This document shows, in pieces, positions 39,546 to 49,582 of a stretch of DNA of 64,000 nucleotides. The notes under the pieces are model-generated. The model made no database searches. It had not been told where the DNA came from and worked only from the letters and a program-made list of their open reading frames with translations. Both the position numbers and the translations under genes were made by a program. Source of the stretch: an uncultured delta proteobacterium. GTDB taxonomy: Bacteria; Desulfobacterota; RBG-13-43-22. The DNA lies in assembly GCA_963843145.1 (NCBI GenBank), contig CAWJJC010000022.1:64001-128000 (forward strand), written 5' to 3'. How positions within the stretch are numbered: the stretch's first letter is position 1; each line of letters begins with the position of its first letter.

Positions 39546-41000
39546 TCAGGTGGGAGGGACTCGGGTACGCAGCCAGTAGCCGGTGGAAGCGAAATAGGCC
39601 CCTTCCCGGATGAGGGATAGGGAATCCATCTGAAAGGCATTCAGGATCAGGCCGTACCGGGGCCCAACGAGTATCGGGATATTCATTTCCTCCAATTGCT
39701 GCAGAAAGACCAGCATCCGTTCCAGGTAGGAGATAAAGGTGACCAGTTCTTCTTTTTTGAGCTCCAAACTTTCCGCTATTTGCCCAACCTGGTAAAGAAT
39801 CTCCTGAGATAATAATGGGATGGGATGTAGATCGTACAGGGCGGTCAGGTTATAGGACGCCAGTCTATCCCGAAGGGAATCTTTAAGGGGATAGGACAAG
39901 GGAGCGCGATCTTCGGAAGGCAGGCCCTGAAGGATGAGCTGGGCCGGCACCTTGCCTACCGTGATCAAGCCCATGGATTCCAAGGCCTGGGATTGCTGGC
40001 CGGAGAAGACTTGAAACAGGTCTTCCCGGACTTCCGGAGAGATGTATTTCCGCCGGAAGTCCTGCATAATGGTATAGATCTGGCGGTAAATAAAAGTAGT
40101 CAATAATAAATCGGATTTCAGATTGCTCAGTTGGATTCGGCTATGGATTAAGCGCAAAATGTCTTCATTGGTATTGCGAAGAACCAAAAAACGGCCTACC
40201 TGGAGGGCCTCTATTTCGTTCTTCCTGCGGAGGAAGTCGATAAAGCGCGTCACCAAATGAGAGAAGCTGTCTCGATATTCGAGCCGTTTCTTCAGTTCAT
40301 CATAATTCTCCCCGAACCAGTTCAGGCTGATCTGGTGCTTGTCCCCGATTTCATCCTGTAATTCCAGGAATTTTCGATAGATTGTTTGATAGGCCGACAA
40401 ACTCTGAAAGAGGATTTGTTTTTCTTCCTCCCGCAGGGAAGGATGACAGGCACAAAAAATAAAAAGCGATTCCACCTCAAAATGGGTGATTAAAACCGCG
40501 CAGGCCAGGGTTTTAACTCCCCGTTTGACCGCCGGATTTTTCCCTAAGACGATCTTGGAAAGGGGCTCGATGATAATTAAAAACTCAGGGGATAGTTTGA
40601 GCAGGAAGTTGAGTAATTCGATGAATAGTTGGGGGGACACGGGAGGGTAATTCGGGGAAAGCACCTCCAGCACTATTTTGGCAATAAGACCTTCCAGGAG
40701 GACCGAGGATTCCCCTTCCGGGAAAATATCATAAAGGGCCTGGATGTTTTCAATGATCCTTAAATCGTAGGGGGTTTCCGGGAACAGGATGGCCTTTAAA
40801 TCATCCCAGACTTCTTCATCCGTCAGATTTTCCAGGAGTGTTTCGGATTCATTCCATAGTTCCAGGAGTGTCTTCCGGTCAAGATATCCCGTTTTTTGAG
40901 GAGAAAAAAGAAAGGCCGAGCTGGAAGGGTCGGTTCGACTAATCTGGGAAGTGATCGAGGCCCTGACTTGCTCTTTGAGCGCTAATCGGGGAGGGGACAT
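39546..41000 (-). CDS. Hypothetical 484-aa alpha-helical protein
   Basis: Long ORF with SD GGAGG, Leu/Glu-rich, no motif recognised. Confidence 0.75.
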   Translation of the reverse strand: MSPPRLALKEQVRASITSQISRTDPSSSAFLFSPQKTGYLDRKTLLELWNESETLLENLTDEEVWDDLKAILFPETPYDLRIIENIQALYDIFPEGESSVLLEGLIAKIVLEVLSPNYPPVSPQLFIELLNFLLKLSPEFLIIIEPLSKIVLGKNPAVKRGVKTLACAVLITHFEVESLFIFCACHPSLREEEKQILFQSLSAYQTIYRKFLELQDEIGDKHQISLNWFGENYDELKKRLEYRDSFSHLVTRFIDFLRRKNEIEALQVGRFLVLRNTNEDILRLIHSRIQLSNLKSDLLLTTFIYRQIYTIMQDFRRKYISPEVREDLFQVFSGQQSQALESMGLITVGKVPAQLILQGLPSEDRAPLSYPLKDSLRDRLASYNLTALYDLHPIPLLSQEILYQVGQIAESLELKKEELVTFISYLERMLVFLQQLEEMNIPILVGPRYGLILNAFQMDSLSLIREGAYFASTGYWLRTRVPPT

Positions 41001-41014
41001 GGGGACCTCCAGAA

Positions 41015-41047
41015 GGCCGTCCCCTCTAATCTCTTGGGGGGACGGCC
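41015..41047 (-). terminator. Hairpin between the carboxylase gene and the 484-aa ORF
   Basis: GGCCGTCCCC...GGGGACGGCC. Confidence 0.5.
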
Positions 41048-41060
41048 GTTGAAGGATTTT

Positions 41061-42482
41061 TTAGGAAGAAACCTGCCGGGGCTTCTCTTCCAGCCCGTAT
41101 TTCCATTTTAAAAACTGTTCGCCGGTAGTGGGATAGAGGGCATAGATGAGCAGGTCAAAGTCGTCCTTGGCCAGGTCCCCGATTTTAGCGCGGGCCTCGT
41201 CCAGTTCCGGTTCCAGGTAGTCGGCCGCCCGCCCGGTAACCGGGGTCTGGCCCCGCTTGTAGTTTTTCAGGACCAGTTTCTGCACTTCAGGGTCAATGGG
41301 GGTGGGGGTTTTACCATAGAGGCCGAAGACCAGATCTTTGACTTGATTGGTGACCATCTTGTATTTTCCTAAAAGAACATTCAGGACGGCCTGGACCCCC
41401 ACGATCTGGGAGGTGGGAGTGACCAGGGGAGGCGTGCCTAATTCCTTGCGGGTTTTGGGTACCTCGGCATAGACCTCGTTCAGCCGATCCAGGGCCTTGG
41501 CTTCCTTTAACTGGCTGACCAGGTTGGAGATCATGCCGCCCGGGACCTGGTGGACCAGGACCGCCGTGTCGATCACCGACATGCGGTTGGTGGCCAGGTA
41601 TTCCTTATACTTAGGAGCTATGGTTTCCAGATATTCATCCATCTCGATCAGGGCATTCAAGTTCATTCCGGGATCCCGGGGAGTTCCTGCCAGCGCGGCC
41701 ACAATGGGTTCAATGGCCGGCTGGGAAGTCCTTAAAGCAAAAGGGGCCAGGCAGGTATCGATGATATCGACACCGGCTTCAATGGCCTTGAGATAGGTCA
41801 TGGAGGCCATGCCGCTGGTATAATGGGTGTGCAAATGGATGGGGATGGTGATGTTCTTTTTGAGCTCCGAAATCAACCAGGCGATATCGTAAGGAGCCAT
41901 AATGCCGGCCATGTCCTTGATGCAGAGGGTATCGGCGCCCATCGCTTCCAGCTCCTTGGCCTTATTCACGTAATAGTCCATGTTGAAGACCGGACCGCCC
42001 AGGGTTTTTTCCGTCAGGGAATAACAGATGGCCGCCTGAAAATGCTTGCCGTTGGCCTTGATCCGCTCCACACAGGTCTCGAAGTTTCGAAAATCATTCA
42101 AGGCGTCGAATACTCGGAAAATATCCATGCCGGCTTCACAGGTTTTGTCCACGAAGAGACGGCAGACATCATCGGCGTAGTTGCGGTATCCCACCAAATT
42201 TTGGCCCCGCAGAAGCATGGTCAGGGGAGTCTTCTTAATATGCTTTTTTAGGGTACGCAACCGGTCAAAGGGATCTTCGGCCAAGAAGCGGTGCATGGTG
42301 TCAAAGGTCGCACCGCCCCAGACTTCCATGGCCCAAAAGCCCATTTCATCCATCCGCTCGGCAATGGGCAGCATGTCTTCGAGGCGCATTCGGGTAGCCA
42401 GCAAAGACTGGTGGCCGTCCCGCAGGGTGTTGTCCTGAATTTTAATCGGGTTCTTCGGCCCATCCATAAACATATGATGCAT
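41061..42482 (-). CDS. Pyruvate carboxylase subunit B / oxaloacetate decarboxylase alpha carboxyltransferase, no biotinyl domain
   Basis: RDGHQSLLATR, EVWGGATFD, IKDMAG, HTHYTSG, PLVTPTSQIVG; no AMKM motif. Confidence 0.9.
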   Translation of the reverse strand: MHHMFMDGPKNPIKIQDNTLRDGHQSLLATRMRLEDMLPIAERMDEMGFWAMEVWGGATFDTMHRFLAEDPFDRLRTLKKHIKKTPLTMLLRGQNLVGYRNYADDVCRLFVDKTCEAGMDIFRVFDALNDFRNFETCVERIKANGKHFQAAICYSLTEKTLGGPVFNMDYYVNKAKELEAMGADTLCIKDMAGIMAPYDIAWLISELKKNITIPIHLHTHYTSGMASMTYLKAIEAGVDIIDTCLAPFALRTSQPAIEPIVAALAGTPRDPGMNLNALIEMDEYLETIAPKYKEYLATNRMSVIDTAVLVHQVPGGMISNLVSQLKEAKALDRLNEVYAEVPKTRKELGTPPLVTPTSQIVGVQAVLNVLLGKYKMVTNQVKDLVFGLYGKTPTPIDPEVQKLVLKNYKRGQTPVTGRAADYLEPELDEARAKIGDLAKDDFDLLIYALYPTTGEQFLKWKYGLEEKPRQVSS

Positions 42483-42733
42483 TCCAATATCCTCCTTTAT
42501 ATCAAGGTAACTATCCGCGAATTCCCCGATTCGCCAGTTAATCTAAATTTACTTTAAAAAAGGAATGGCGTCAAGAAAGCGATTGATTTGGTTCTTAGTA
42601 TGTCTTTTGTCAGATGACACCCTGGACCTTTCAGGTTTCATCTCCCGATCACGCCCACGAGGTTTATAACCCGCAGAAGTTTTAACTCATTATTATTACA
42701 ATAAATTTATGTTCAAGGGGCGTCCAGTGCATG

Positions 42734-42748
42734 TGGCATAGATATTGC
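42734..42748 (+). promoter_or_regulatory. Sigma54 promoter of the usp-DVU0150-like operon
   Basis: TGGCATAGATATTGC, preceded by an AT-rich IHF-like tract. Confidence 0.8.
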
Positions 42749-42807
42749 CACTGGGTAAGATGTTCAAAAATTTCGGGCAAGCGAATCCTATAAAAAGGAG
42801 GTTTTAT

Positions 42808-43221
42808 ATGAAAGTACTCGTGGCAACCGACGGCTCGGAACATTCGATGAAGGCCGTTCAAAAAGCCCTGGAGATGGCCCAGAAGGAAGGGGTACAGGTC
42901 ACCCTGATGTCCGTGGCCTATTTCTCCAAAGATGACTTCGATGACATGCCACCCAATATCCAGGACAAGCTGGAAGCCCAGGCGGCCGCGGCCTTAAAAA
43001 AAGCCAAGTCGGTCTTTGAGGCGCAAAAGATCCCCGTGGAAGCGGTGCTCGAAGCCGGGGTGGTGCCGGCCAATAACCTCCTCAGGCGGGCCGAGGAGGG
43101 CGAGTTTGATCTTATCCTGATCGGCAGCTCCGGGTTGACCGGGATCAAACGGGCGCTCATGGGCAGCACGGCGGCCAAGGTGGTGGCCCAGGCCCCTTGC
43201 AGCGTCATGGTCATCCGTTGA
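42808..43221 (+). CDS. Universal stress protein
   Basis: VLVATDGSEHS, DLILIGSSG, MGSTAAKVV..APCSVMVIR. Confidence 0.93.
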   Translation: MKVLVATDGSEHSMKAVQKALEMAQKEGVQVTLMSVAYFSKDDFDDMPPNIQDKLEAQAAAALKKAKSVFEAQKIPVEAVLEAGVVPANNLLRRAEEGEFDLILIGSSGLTGIKRALMGSTAAKVVAQAPCSVMVIR

Positions 43222-43321
43222 TATTTTCAGGGACGGTGATTTCAACCCTCGACGGCCGTCGTAGAAGAAAAAAAATTAACTAGTACCTATGGAAATAAAA
43301 AAAAGACAACGGAGGATAACG

Positions 43322-43615
43322 ATGAAGATTTGGACAAAGATCACCACTCTGATCACCGGCCTGCTTATCTTGTTTCCAGGCCTGGTTCTGGCGGCGGCCG
43401 AAAAGGCGGCCCCCCTGGTCATCGTGGCCGACACCCGGAAATTTACCGGCTGGGAGGCCTGGTGGACCAATCTCTACAATGAAAGTCATTTGTATTTTAC
43501 CTTGCTCACGGTGATCATCATTCCCCTGGTGGGAGTGATTTTTGGGACCATCGCCGACCTGGCCATGAGTCGTATCGGTCTCGACTTGAAGTCCAGGGAA
43601 TTAGCCGAACATTAA
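43322..43615 (+). CDS. DVU0150-family small membrane protein
   Basis: IVADTRK..GW.AWW.NLYNESH...IGLDLKSRELAEH. Confidence 0.75.
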   Translation: MKIWTKITTLITGLLILFPGLVLAAAEKAAPLVIVADTRKFTGWEAWWTNLYNESHLYFTLLTVIIIPLVGVIFGTIADLAMSRIGLDLKSRELAEH

Positions 43616-43707
43616 TTGATGGCCACTTCGGCTTCCGGCTCTCAGCGGAGATCGGGGAAGCGTTTTAGTCGAACGGATTAATAACTCTATTTTTAGGAGG
43701 TCACACT

Positions 43708-44760
43708 ATGGATTGGTTATATGTTCTCATGCCTATCGCCGGGGTCCAGATTTTCTGGCCCGGACTGATTATCCTCGGCGTGGGGGTCGGTGTCATTGGC
43801 GGGTTCTTCGGAATGGGCGGCGCCTGGATGGTAACGCCGGGCCTTAATATACTCGGTTTTCCCATGGCCTTTGCCATTGGCACCGATATCGCCCACATGG
43901 CCGGAAAATCCCTCATCGCCACCATGCGGCATGGCAAGTTCGGTAATGTGGATTATAAACTGGGATTGGTCATGCTGGTGGGCACGATAGTCGGATTTGA
44001 AGTGGGCGCCCAGATGGTCATGTGGCTGGAACGATTGGGCAAGGTGGAAGCGTATGTCCGCTATATGTATCTGGTCCTTCTGGCCCTGATCGCCTGGATG
44101 GTCTTCGCCGATGTGGCCAAGAAAAGGAGGAAAGAACGGGAGGCCAAAGCGGAGGGCAAAGAGATCGATCAAATGGCCACCGGCATCGAGTGGCACAAGA
44201 CCCTTCATAAGCTCAAGATCCCCCCGATGGTCCATTTCAAAGTGGCCCAGATCTATTGCACTGCCTGGTTGCCCATTCTGGTGAGCTTCTTGACCGGCTG
44301 GCTGGCCGGGATCCTGGGCATCGGTGGTGGCTTGATCCGCATGCCGGCCTTGATCTATTTTGTCGGCTGCCCTACCCATGTGGCGGTGGGAACGGACCTG
44401 TTTGAGGTTATGATTTCCGGTCTTTACGGGGCCGCCACCTATACCTATAAGGGGCGGACGGAACTGGTGGCGGCGATTATCATGCTGGTCGGCGCAGCGA
44501 TCGGGGCCCAGGTGGGCACCGTGGCCACCAAATATATTAAAGGTTACGGGATTCGCATCATTTTCGGGTTGGCCGTTATCGGCTGCGCGGTTTCCATTGT
44601 GTTAAAGTTGATTGCCAAGGCAACTGCCGGCATGACCCAAATCATCTTTGATGACGCTTCTACGGTCCTGGTACTGGGCCTGGTGGGGGCCATGTCGCTC
44701 TATATTATTGTTAAAATGGTTCAGGGCGCCAAGCAGGAATTGGCCTCTAAAAAAAGATAA
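43708..44760 (+). CDS. TauE/SafE (TSUP) sulfite-exporter family transporter
   Basis: GGFFGMGGAWMVTP, AIGTD, GILGIGGG, AVGTDL. Confidence 0.9.
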   Translation: MDWLYVLMPIAGVQIFWPGLIILGVGVGVIGGFFGMGGAWMVTPGLNILGFPMAFAIGTDIAHMAGKSLIATMRHGKFGNVDYKLGLVMLVGTIVGFEVGAQMVMWLERLGKVEAYVRYMYLVLLALIAWMVFADVAKKRRKEREAKAEGKEIDQMATGIEWHKTLHKLKIPPMVHFKVAQIYCTAWLPILVSFLTGWLAGILGIGGGLIRMPALIYFVGCPTHVAVGTDLFEVMISGLYGAATYTYKGRTELVAAIIMLVGAAIGAQVGTVATKYIKGYGIRIIFGLAVIGCAVSIVLKLIAKATAGMTQIIFDDASTVLVLGLVGAMSLYIIVKMVQGAKQELASKKR

Positions 44761-44799
44761 GGGTCAATTAGAAACCTAAAGCAAAAGGAGAAAAGCGTT

Positions 44800-45393
44800 A
44801 TGCTGAAAAAATATTGTGGGTTGACTCTGCTGGTGCTCCTGCCTTTGATCCTGGCCTACGGCTGCGGAGAAATGGGTAAAGTGGACCAGGGTCGGGTTAT
44901 TGAATTCGACAAAGCCAAAGGGACGGTCACCCTGATCCAGGATATGAAAGCCGATCCTAAAAACCCGGATTACAACCATCTGCCGCCCGTGACCTATGAA
45001 ATTCCCAAGGATCCGGCTGAGATGGGCCCGGAACCCAAGGCCGGGTGGCGAATGAAGCTGGATGCCAAAGCCAAACAGATCATTATTTTCGATCCGGCCT
45101 CTCAGAATTTCAAAAAAATCGACTATACCCTCATCGACCAGAAGGAAGGGGTGGATGCCGAAAACCCTTTAGTCAAGGATAAGAAATTCCCGCTGGTGGA
45201 AAAGGAGAAGAAGGCCATCACCCTCTACTCCAAGAGACAAAAGCTTTTGACCACCTTCAGCGTCCCGGATGAGTATTTCGCCCTTCCGGACGGCGCCTGG
45301 GATGCGGGCGACGAGGTGCGGATTTATTATAAGGAGACCGGGAAGGCCCGGCGTTTCATGAATATCAGCAAGACCAATATTTATAAGAAATAG
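44800..45393 (+). CDS. Lipoprotein (DUF4881/DVU0148-like)
   Basis: Lipobox LAYGC; DQGRVI, EMGPEPKAG, GDEVRIYYK. Confidence 0.75.
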   Translation: MLKKYCGLTLLVLLPLILAYGCGEMGKVDQGRVIEFDKAKGTVTLIQDMKADPKNPDYNHLPPVTYEIPKDPAEMGPEPKAGWRMKLDAKAKQIIIFDPASQNFKKIDYTLIDQKEGVDAENPLVKDKKFPLVEKEKKAITLYSKRQKLLTTFSVPDEYFALPDGAWDAGDEVRIYYKETGKARRFMNISKTNIYKK

Positions 45394-45419
45394 CCGTCCC
45401 GGCTCCGGTAGTGCCAGAG

Positions 45420-45454
45420 GATCGCCGGGGGATCCGAGGGGCCCCCTGGCGATC
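45420..45454 (+). terminator. Intrinsic terminator-like hairpin
   Basis: GATCGCCGGGGG...CCCCCTGGCGATC followed by TTCTT. Confidence 0.6.
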
Positions 45455-45528
45455 TTCTTGCTTAATGACGAGTTTATTGGTTTAATGATGATTCAAATTT
45501 TTCTAGCCAGGAAGCGAACGGTCTGACG

Positions 45529-45738
45529 ATGAATATTCAACAAAAAATAGGTGTAGCCGTACTGGATGTACTGATATTGATCGATTTGGGAATCGGTATG
45601 TATCGGGCCAACAAGACCCCTGATTTATTCACTCCGATTTTTTTCAAGACCTTTTTTGTCCTGGTCATCCCCACCCTGCTCGTGGCCTGGATAGTCATTA
45701 AAATGCTCAGGACCATCGAAGCTTCACCAAGCGTATGA
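45529..45738 (+). CDS. Small two-TM membrane protein
   Basis: 69-aa hydrophobic ORF, ATGA overlap with the next gene. Confidence 0.7.
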   Translation: MNIQQKIGVAVLDVLILIDLGIGMYRANKTPDLFTPIFFKTFFVLVIPTLLVAWIVIKMLRTIEASPSV

Positions 45739-46523
45739 CCCTGGATCGGATTTCACGGTGGAGACGAGGGGCCGGAATTGCCGGCTCAATTTTTTGTCTC
45801 CTCAGCCTGCTGGCGGTCATAGACGCCCTGGTGGCCCGATTTAAGCAGCCGCTCAGTTTATTTCAAGTGCTTCCGGGGGCCGTCCTAGAGATCCAGGGGC
45901 CTCTGCGGGAGAAGGTAGACACCCCCGATAAACTGGCTTTTCAATGCGATTCCCGGGAAATCCGGATCCTTTTTGATGGAGTTCAGACCGGCTATTGGAT
46001 GGGGGGGTATCTCTGGCGGGGGCGTCTGGTCATCGGTCCTGAAACCCGTCCCGGTCTCTATACACTTAAGATCCTCGGTCCTGGAATGGCCGCCAGCCCA
46101 CCCTTCCCTCCTTTTCAGATCCGGGTATTCGGGGATGCGGATACGTATCGCCGGGCACTGCCTTCTCTTGTTCAAAGATACACGGGGGTTGTGCCCTGGG
46201 TGGCGGCGGTCTTCGCTTTTATCCCGGCCCTGGGATGCTTTGCCCTGGTTTTCTTTTTGTCCCAAAGAATAGAAGGCCTGCTGGCCGGGGAAGGGCGGGC
46301 GGAAATCTACCGGGTCCGTCAAACGGAGCGGGGTATCGAAATCTCCTTTGGCCTGGGCAGGGATCAGGGCTTGGAAGAAGGGACCCTGTTGAACCTGTTT
46401 GATGAAAAAGGCCAATCTCTGGGTACGGTAGAGGTCCAGACCTTAACCGCCGGAGATGCCGTGGCCCTAGCCGTCGAGGAGCAGGGGGTGCGCCCCGGCT
46501 ATTGGTTGGCTAAAATTAGCTAG
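45735..46523 (+). CDS. Hypothetical membrane protein (2 TM, periplasmic domain)
   Basis: TM segments flank GYWMGGYLWRG; operonic with the kinase. Confidence 0.75.
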   Translation: MTLDRISRWRRGAGIAGSIFCLLSLLAVIDALVARFKQPLSLFQVLPGAVLEIQGPLREKVDTPDKLAFQCDSREIRILFDGVQTGYWMGGYLWRGRLVIGPETRPGLYTLKILGPGMAASPPFPPFQIRVFGDADTYRRALPSLVQRYTGVVPWVAAVFAFIPALGCFALVFFLSQRIEGLLAGEGRAEIYRVRQTERGIEISFGLGRDQGLEEGTLLNLFDEKGQSLGTVEVQTLTAGDAVALAVEEQGVRPGYWLAKIS

Positions 46524-46547
46524 CTGATCAACGGATGGAATAAGCGA

Positions 46548-48200
46548 ATGAAAGAGAAGGAATATCGCACTTTATGGTGGAAGATCGTCTTTACCACCCT
46601 GGGTTTCTCTCTGATCCCCTTGTTCGGTCTGGGGTTTACCATCTATTATCAGTTCAGCGTTTCGTACACCGCCAAGGTCATGGAGAACCTGAAAACCCTG
46701 GCGGAAAACCGCCGCAGCGCCATGGACCTTTTTTTTGACGAACGGATCTCCCAGTTGGTCACCATGGCCCATACCCACTCGATCAAGCAATTGGCCGATG
46801 AAAATTACCTCAACAGAGTCTTTAATATCATGCAAACCCGATCCAAATCCTATATCGATATCGGGGTTATTGATCAGGAAGGAAACCATTTGGCCTATGT
46901 GGGTCCCTATCCTGAACTCAAGGGCGTCAATTACCAAAAGGAAGACTGGTTTCAATCGGTCATGTCGGGCGGAGTATACATCAGCGACGTTTTTTTAGGT
47001 TTTCGAAAATACCCCCATTTTATTATTGCCGTGATGACTCGCGAAGGAAATCAGACTTGGATCCTGCGGGCGACCATTAACTCCGAAATCATCGACCAAG
47101 TTGTCCGGGCCGGCCAGATCGGGAAGAAGGGGGATGCCTTCATCGTCAATAAACGGAATATCTTGCAGACCGCACCCCGCTTCAGCGGGGAAATTTTCGG
47201 CCACCCCAAGACCCCGGATTTTTCCCGGGTGATCGAGAATCAAGTGGAGGAACAGTCCCTGGAAGGGGTAAGGGCCCTCTTTGCCGCTACGGTGATCAAT
47301 AATACCAAGTGGGTCCTGGTGATCAAGGAGGATCCCCAAGAACAGCTTACTCCACTATTGCGGGCCCGCTTTCTGGCCGCTTTTCTTTTATTGGCGGGCG
47401 TCTTGCTGATTATCGTCGGGACGATTGTTACTTCCCGCTTGATGATGAAAAGGCTGATTCAAATCGACCGGGAAAAAGCGGTGAGTGAGGATTTGGTCAT
47501 TCAGTCCAGCAAAATGGCAGCCCTGGGAAAAATGGCGGCTGGGATCGCCCACGAGATTAATAATCCCTTAGCCGTCATCGGCGAGAAAGCGGGCTGGATG
47601 AAAGACCTGCTGACTGAAGAAGATATCTCGCGAAGTGAAAATTTCAAGGAGTTTGAAGATTCCATCCGCAAGATTGAGTACCACGTGGAACGGGCTAAAA
47701 AAGTCACCCATCGTCTCTTAGGGTTTGCCCGAAGAATGGAACCGCTTCAGGAAACCGTGGATGTGAACAAAACTTTGGACGAAACCATCGATTTTCTGAA
47801 AAACGAGTCCCGGTATCGCAATATCGACCTTCAAACCGACTTCTTCCCTGATTTGCCGAATATTACCAGTGATTCCTCTCAGTTACAGCAAGTCTTTTTA
47901 AACATCCTGAACAATGCCATCGATGCCATCGGCAAGAATGGGATGGTGATGATAAAAACCAGATTCCTCCCCAAAAATAGTGAACTTTCTGTTGAAATTA
48001 CGGATAATGGCCCGGGAATCCCTAAGGAGATGGTAGCCAAAATTTTTGATCCTTTTTTTACGACCAAGGAAGTGGGCAAGGGAACGGGCCTGGGTCTATC
48101 CATTGTTTTCAGCATACTGGAAAAACTGGGGGGAAGAATCATGGTGGCCAGCGAAGAGGGGAAAGGCACTACCTTTACGATTTATCTTCCGACCAAGTAA
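46548..48200 (+). CDS. Cache-domain NtrB-type sensor histidine kinase
   Basis: [36 protein letters not shown]. Confidence 0.94.
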   Translation: MKEKEYRTLWWKIVFTTLGFSLIPLFGLGFTIYYQFSVSYTAKVMENLKTLAENRRSAMDLFFDERISQLVTMAHTHSIKQLADENYLNRVFNIMQTRSKSYIDIGVIDQEGNHLAYVGPYPELKGVNYQKEDWFQSVMSGGVYISDVFLGFRKYPHFIIAVMTREGNQTWILRATINSEIIDQVVRAGQIGKKGDAFIVNKRNILQTAPRFSGEIFGHPKTPDFSRVIENQVEEQSLEGVRALFAATVINNTKWVLVIKEDPQEQLTPLLRARFLAAFLLLAGVLLIIVGTIVTSRLMMKRLIQIDREKAVSEDLVIQSSKMAALGKMAAGIAHEINNPLAVIGEKAGWMKDLLTEEDISRSENFKEFEDSIRKIEYHVERAKKVTHRLLGFARRMEPLQETVDVNKTLDETIDFLKNESRYRNIDLQTDFFPDLPNITSDSSQLQQVFLNILNNAIDAIGKNGMVMIKTRFLPKNSELSVEITDNGPGIPKEMVAKIFDPFFTTKEVGKGTGLGLSIVFSILEKLGGRIMVASEEGKGTTFTIYLPTK

Positions 48201-48223
48201 AGTGTTTCCGGGGGAGGTGACCC

Positions 48224-48625
48224 ATGGAGGAATTCAAGATACTGGTGGTAGACGATGAAGACGATTTTCGGGAGACGATTGTCAAACGGCTGCAAAAACG
48301 GAAGATGACGGCCCGGGGGGCGGAAAGCGGGGAAAAAGCGCTCGAACTCATTGAGGCCCAGCCTTTTGATGTGGTGGTTCTAGATGTCAAAATGCCCGGT
48401 CTGGATGGAATAGACACCCTGCGGGAGATCAAAAAGAGAAAACCCCTGATCGAGGTGATTTTGCTTACCGGGCATGCCTCGCTGGAATCGGGCATCGAGG
48501 GGATGAAATTAGGGGCCTACGATTACGTGATGAAACCGGCCAACCTGGAGGAGCTGATTGAAAAAATGCGCCAGGCCTATGAAAAAAAAGTGGTCTCCGA
48601 AGCCCAGGAACTGGAAGGTCGCTAA
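48224..48625 (+). CDS. Single-domain response regulator
   Basis: LVVDDE, DVKMPG, LTGH, MKP. Confidence 0.93.
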   Translation: MEEFKILVVDDEDDFRETIVKRLQKRKMTARGAESGEKALELIEAQPFDVVVLDVKMPGLDGIDTLREIKKRKPLIEVILLTGHASLESGIEGMKLGAYDYVMKPANLEELIEKMRQAYEKKVVSEAQELEGR

Positions 48626-48637
48626 TCCCCTAGCCCC

Positions 48638-49579
48638 TCACGGGTTGATGGGGGATTTTTTGGGATCGTTAGTCCCGAACAAATTTTGGAGGGCCCTCTT
48701 CAACTCCGGGAATTCAAACTGGAAACCCAGGCCGACCAGTTTTTGCGGGAGTACCTTCTGGCCTTTCAACAGGACATTCCCAAATTCCCCCAGGATAAGT
48801 TTAAGCATAAACCCGGGGACGGCCGGGAGAAAGGCCGGTTTGCCGAGCACTTCGGCCAATATTCGGGTCAATTCTTTATTCCTCACCGGAGTGGGGCTCG
48901 TGCAGTTAATGGGACCGGCGGCTTCTTTTTGTTCCAATAAGAAAAGAAAGATTCGAGTCAGATCCTGCTGGTGGATCCAGGGAAACCACTGGTTTCCAGT
49001 GCCCAGCGGGCTTCCTAACCCTTTATTAAACAAAGGGATCATCTGATCCAGGGCGCCGCCTCTCCCGCCTAGAACAATCCCGAAGCGGCAACGAACTACC
49101 CGGACCCCGAAGACCTCGGCTTTCCGGGCCTCAGCCTCCCAGTCTTGGGCCATTAAAGCCAGGAAGTCGGACCCCGGCGGGGTGTCCTCCGTGATCTCTT
49201 CATCTTCGTGAAAGCCGTAATAGCCTACGGCCGAAGTGCTGAGCAGGACGGTCTCCAGCCCTTTTCGATCGGCTAAAGCGGAGACCAAGTTGCGGGTGGT
49301 CAGGATACGGCTGTCCCGCATTTCTTTTTTTGAAGCTTCGGTCCAGCGGCTGAAGATCGAGGCCCCCGCCAGGTTGATGAAGGCCTGGTGGTCAGCCACC
49401 GCTTTTTGCCAGGGACCCGGTTCTTTGGGATTGCCTTCCAGAAAGGCAGCCCCGGGAGGCAGGGGGCGGCCGGGTTTGATGGCCCGAGTCAAAAGGGTGA
49501 CCAGATGGCCCTGGTCGGTCAACCGGGCTGTCAAATGGCTACCGACAAAACCCGTTCCGCCAGTGATAAGAATTTTCAT
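48638..49579 (-). CDS. TIGR01777 family NAD-dependent epimerase/SDR
   Basis: ITGGTGFVG, INLAGA, SAVGYYG, GNQWFPWIH. Confidence 0.92.
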   Translation of the reverse strand: MKILITGGTGFVGSHLTARLTDQGHLVTLLTRAIKPGRPLPPGAAFLEGNPKEPGPWQKAVADHQAFINLAGASIFSRWTEASKKEMRDSRILTTRNLVSALADRKGLETVLLSTSAVGYYGFHEDEEITEDTPPGSDFLALMAQDWEAEARKAEVFGVRVVRCRFGIVLGGRGGALDQMIPLFNKGLGSPLGTGNQWFPWIHQQDLTRIFLFLLEQKEAAGPINCTSPTPVRNKELTRILAEVLGKPAFLPAVPGFMLKLILGEFGNVLLKGQKVLPQKLVGLGFQFEFPELKRALQNLFGTNDPKKSPINP

Positions 49580-49582
49580 AAT

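Noticed and set aside
39050-39640. Tracked ORFs 39050-39334, 39295-39579, 39413-39640
   Set aside because: Overlapping, no convincing SD or recognisable motif; the region is better explained as non-coding.
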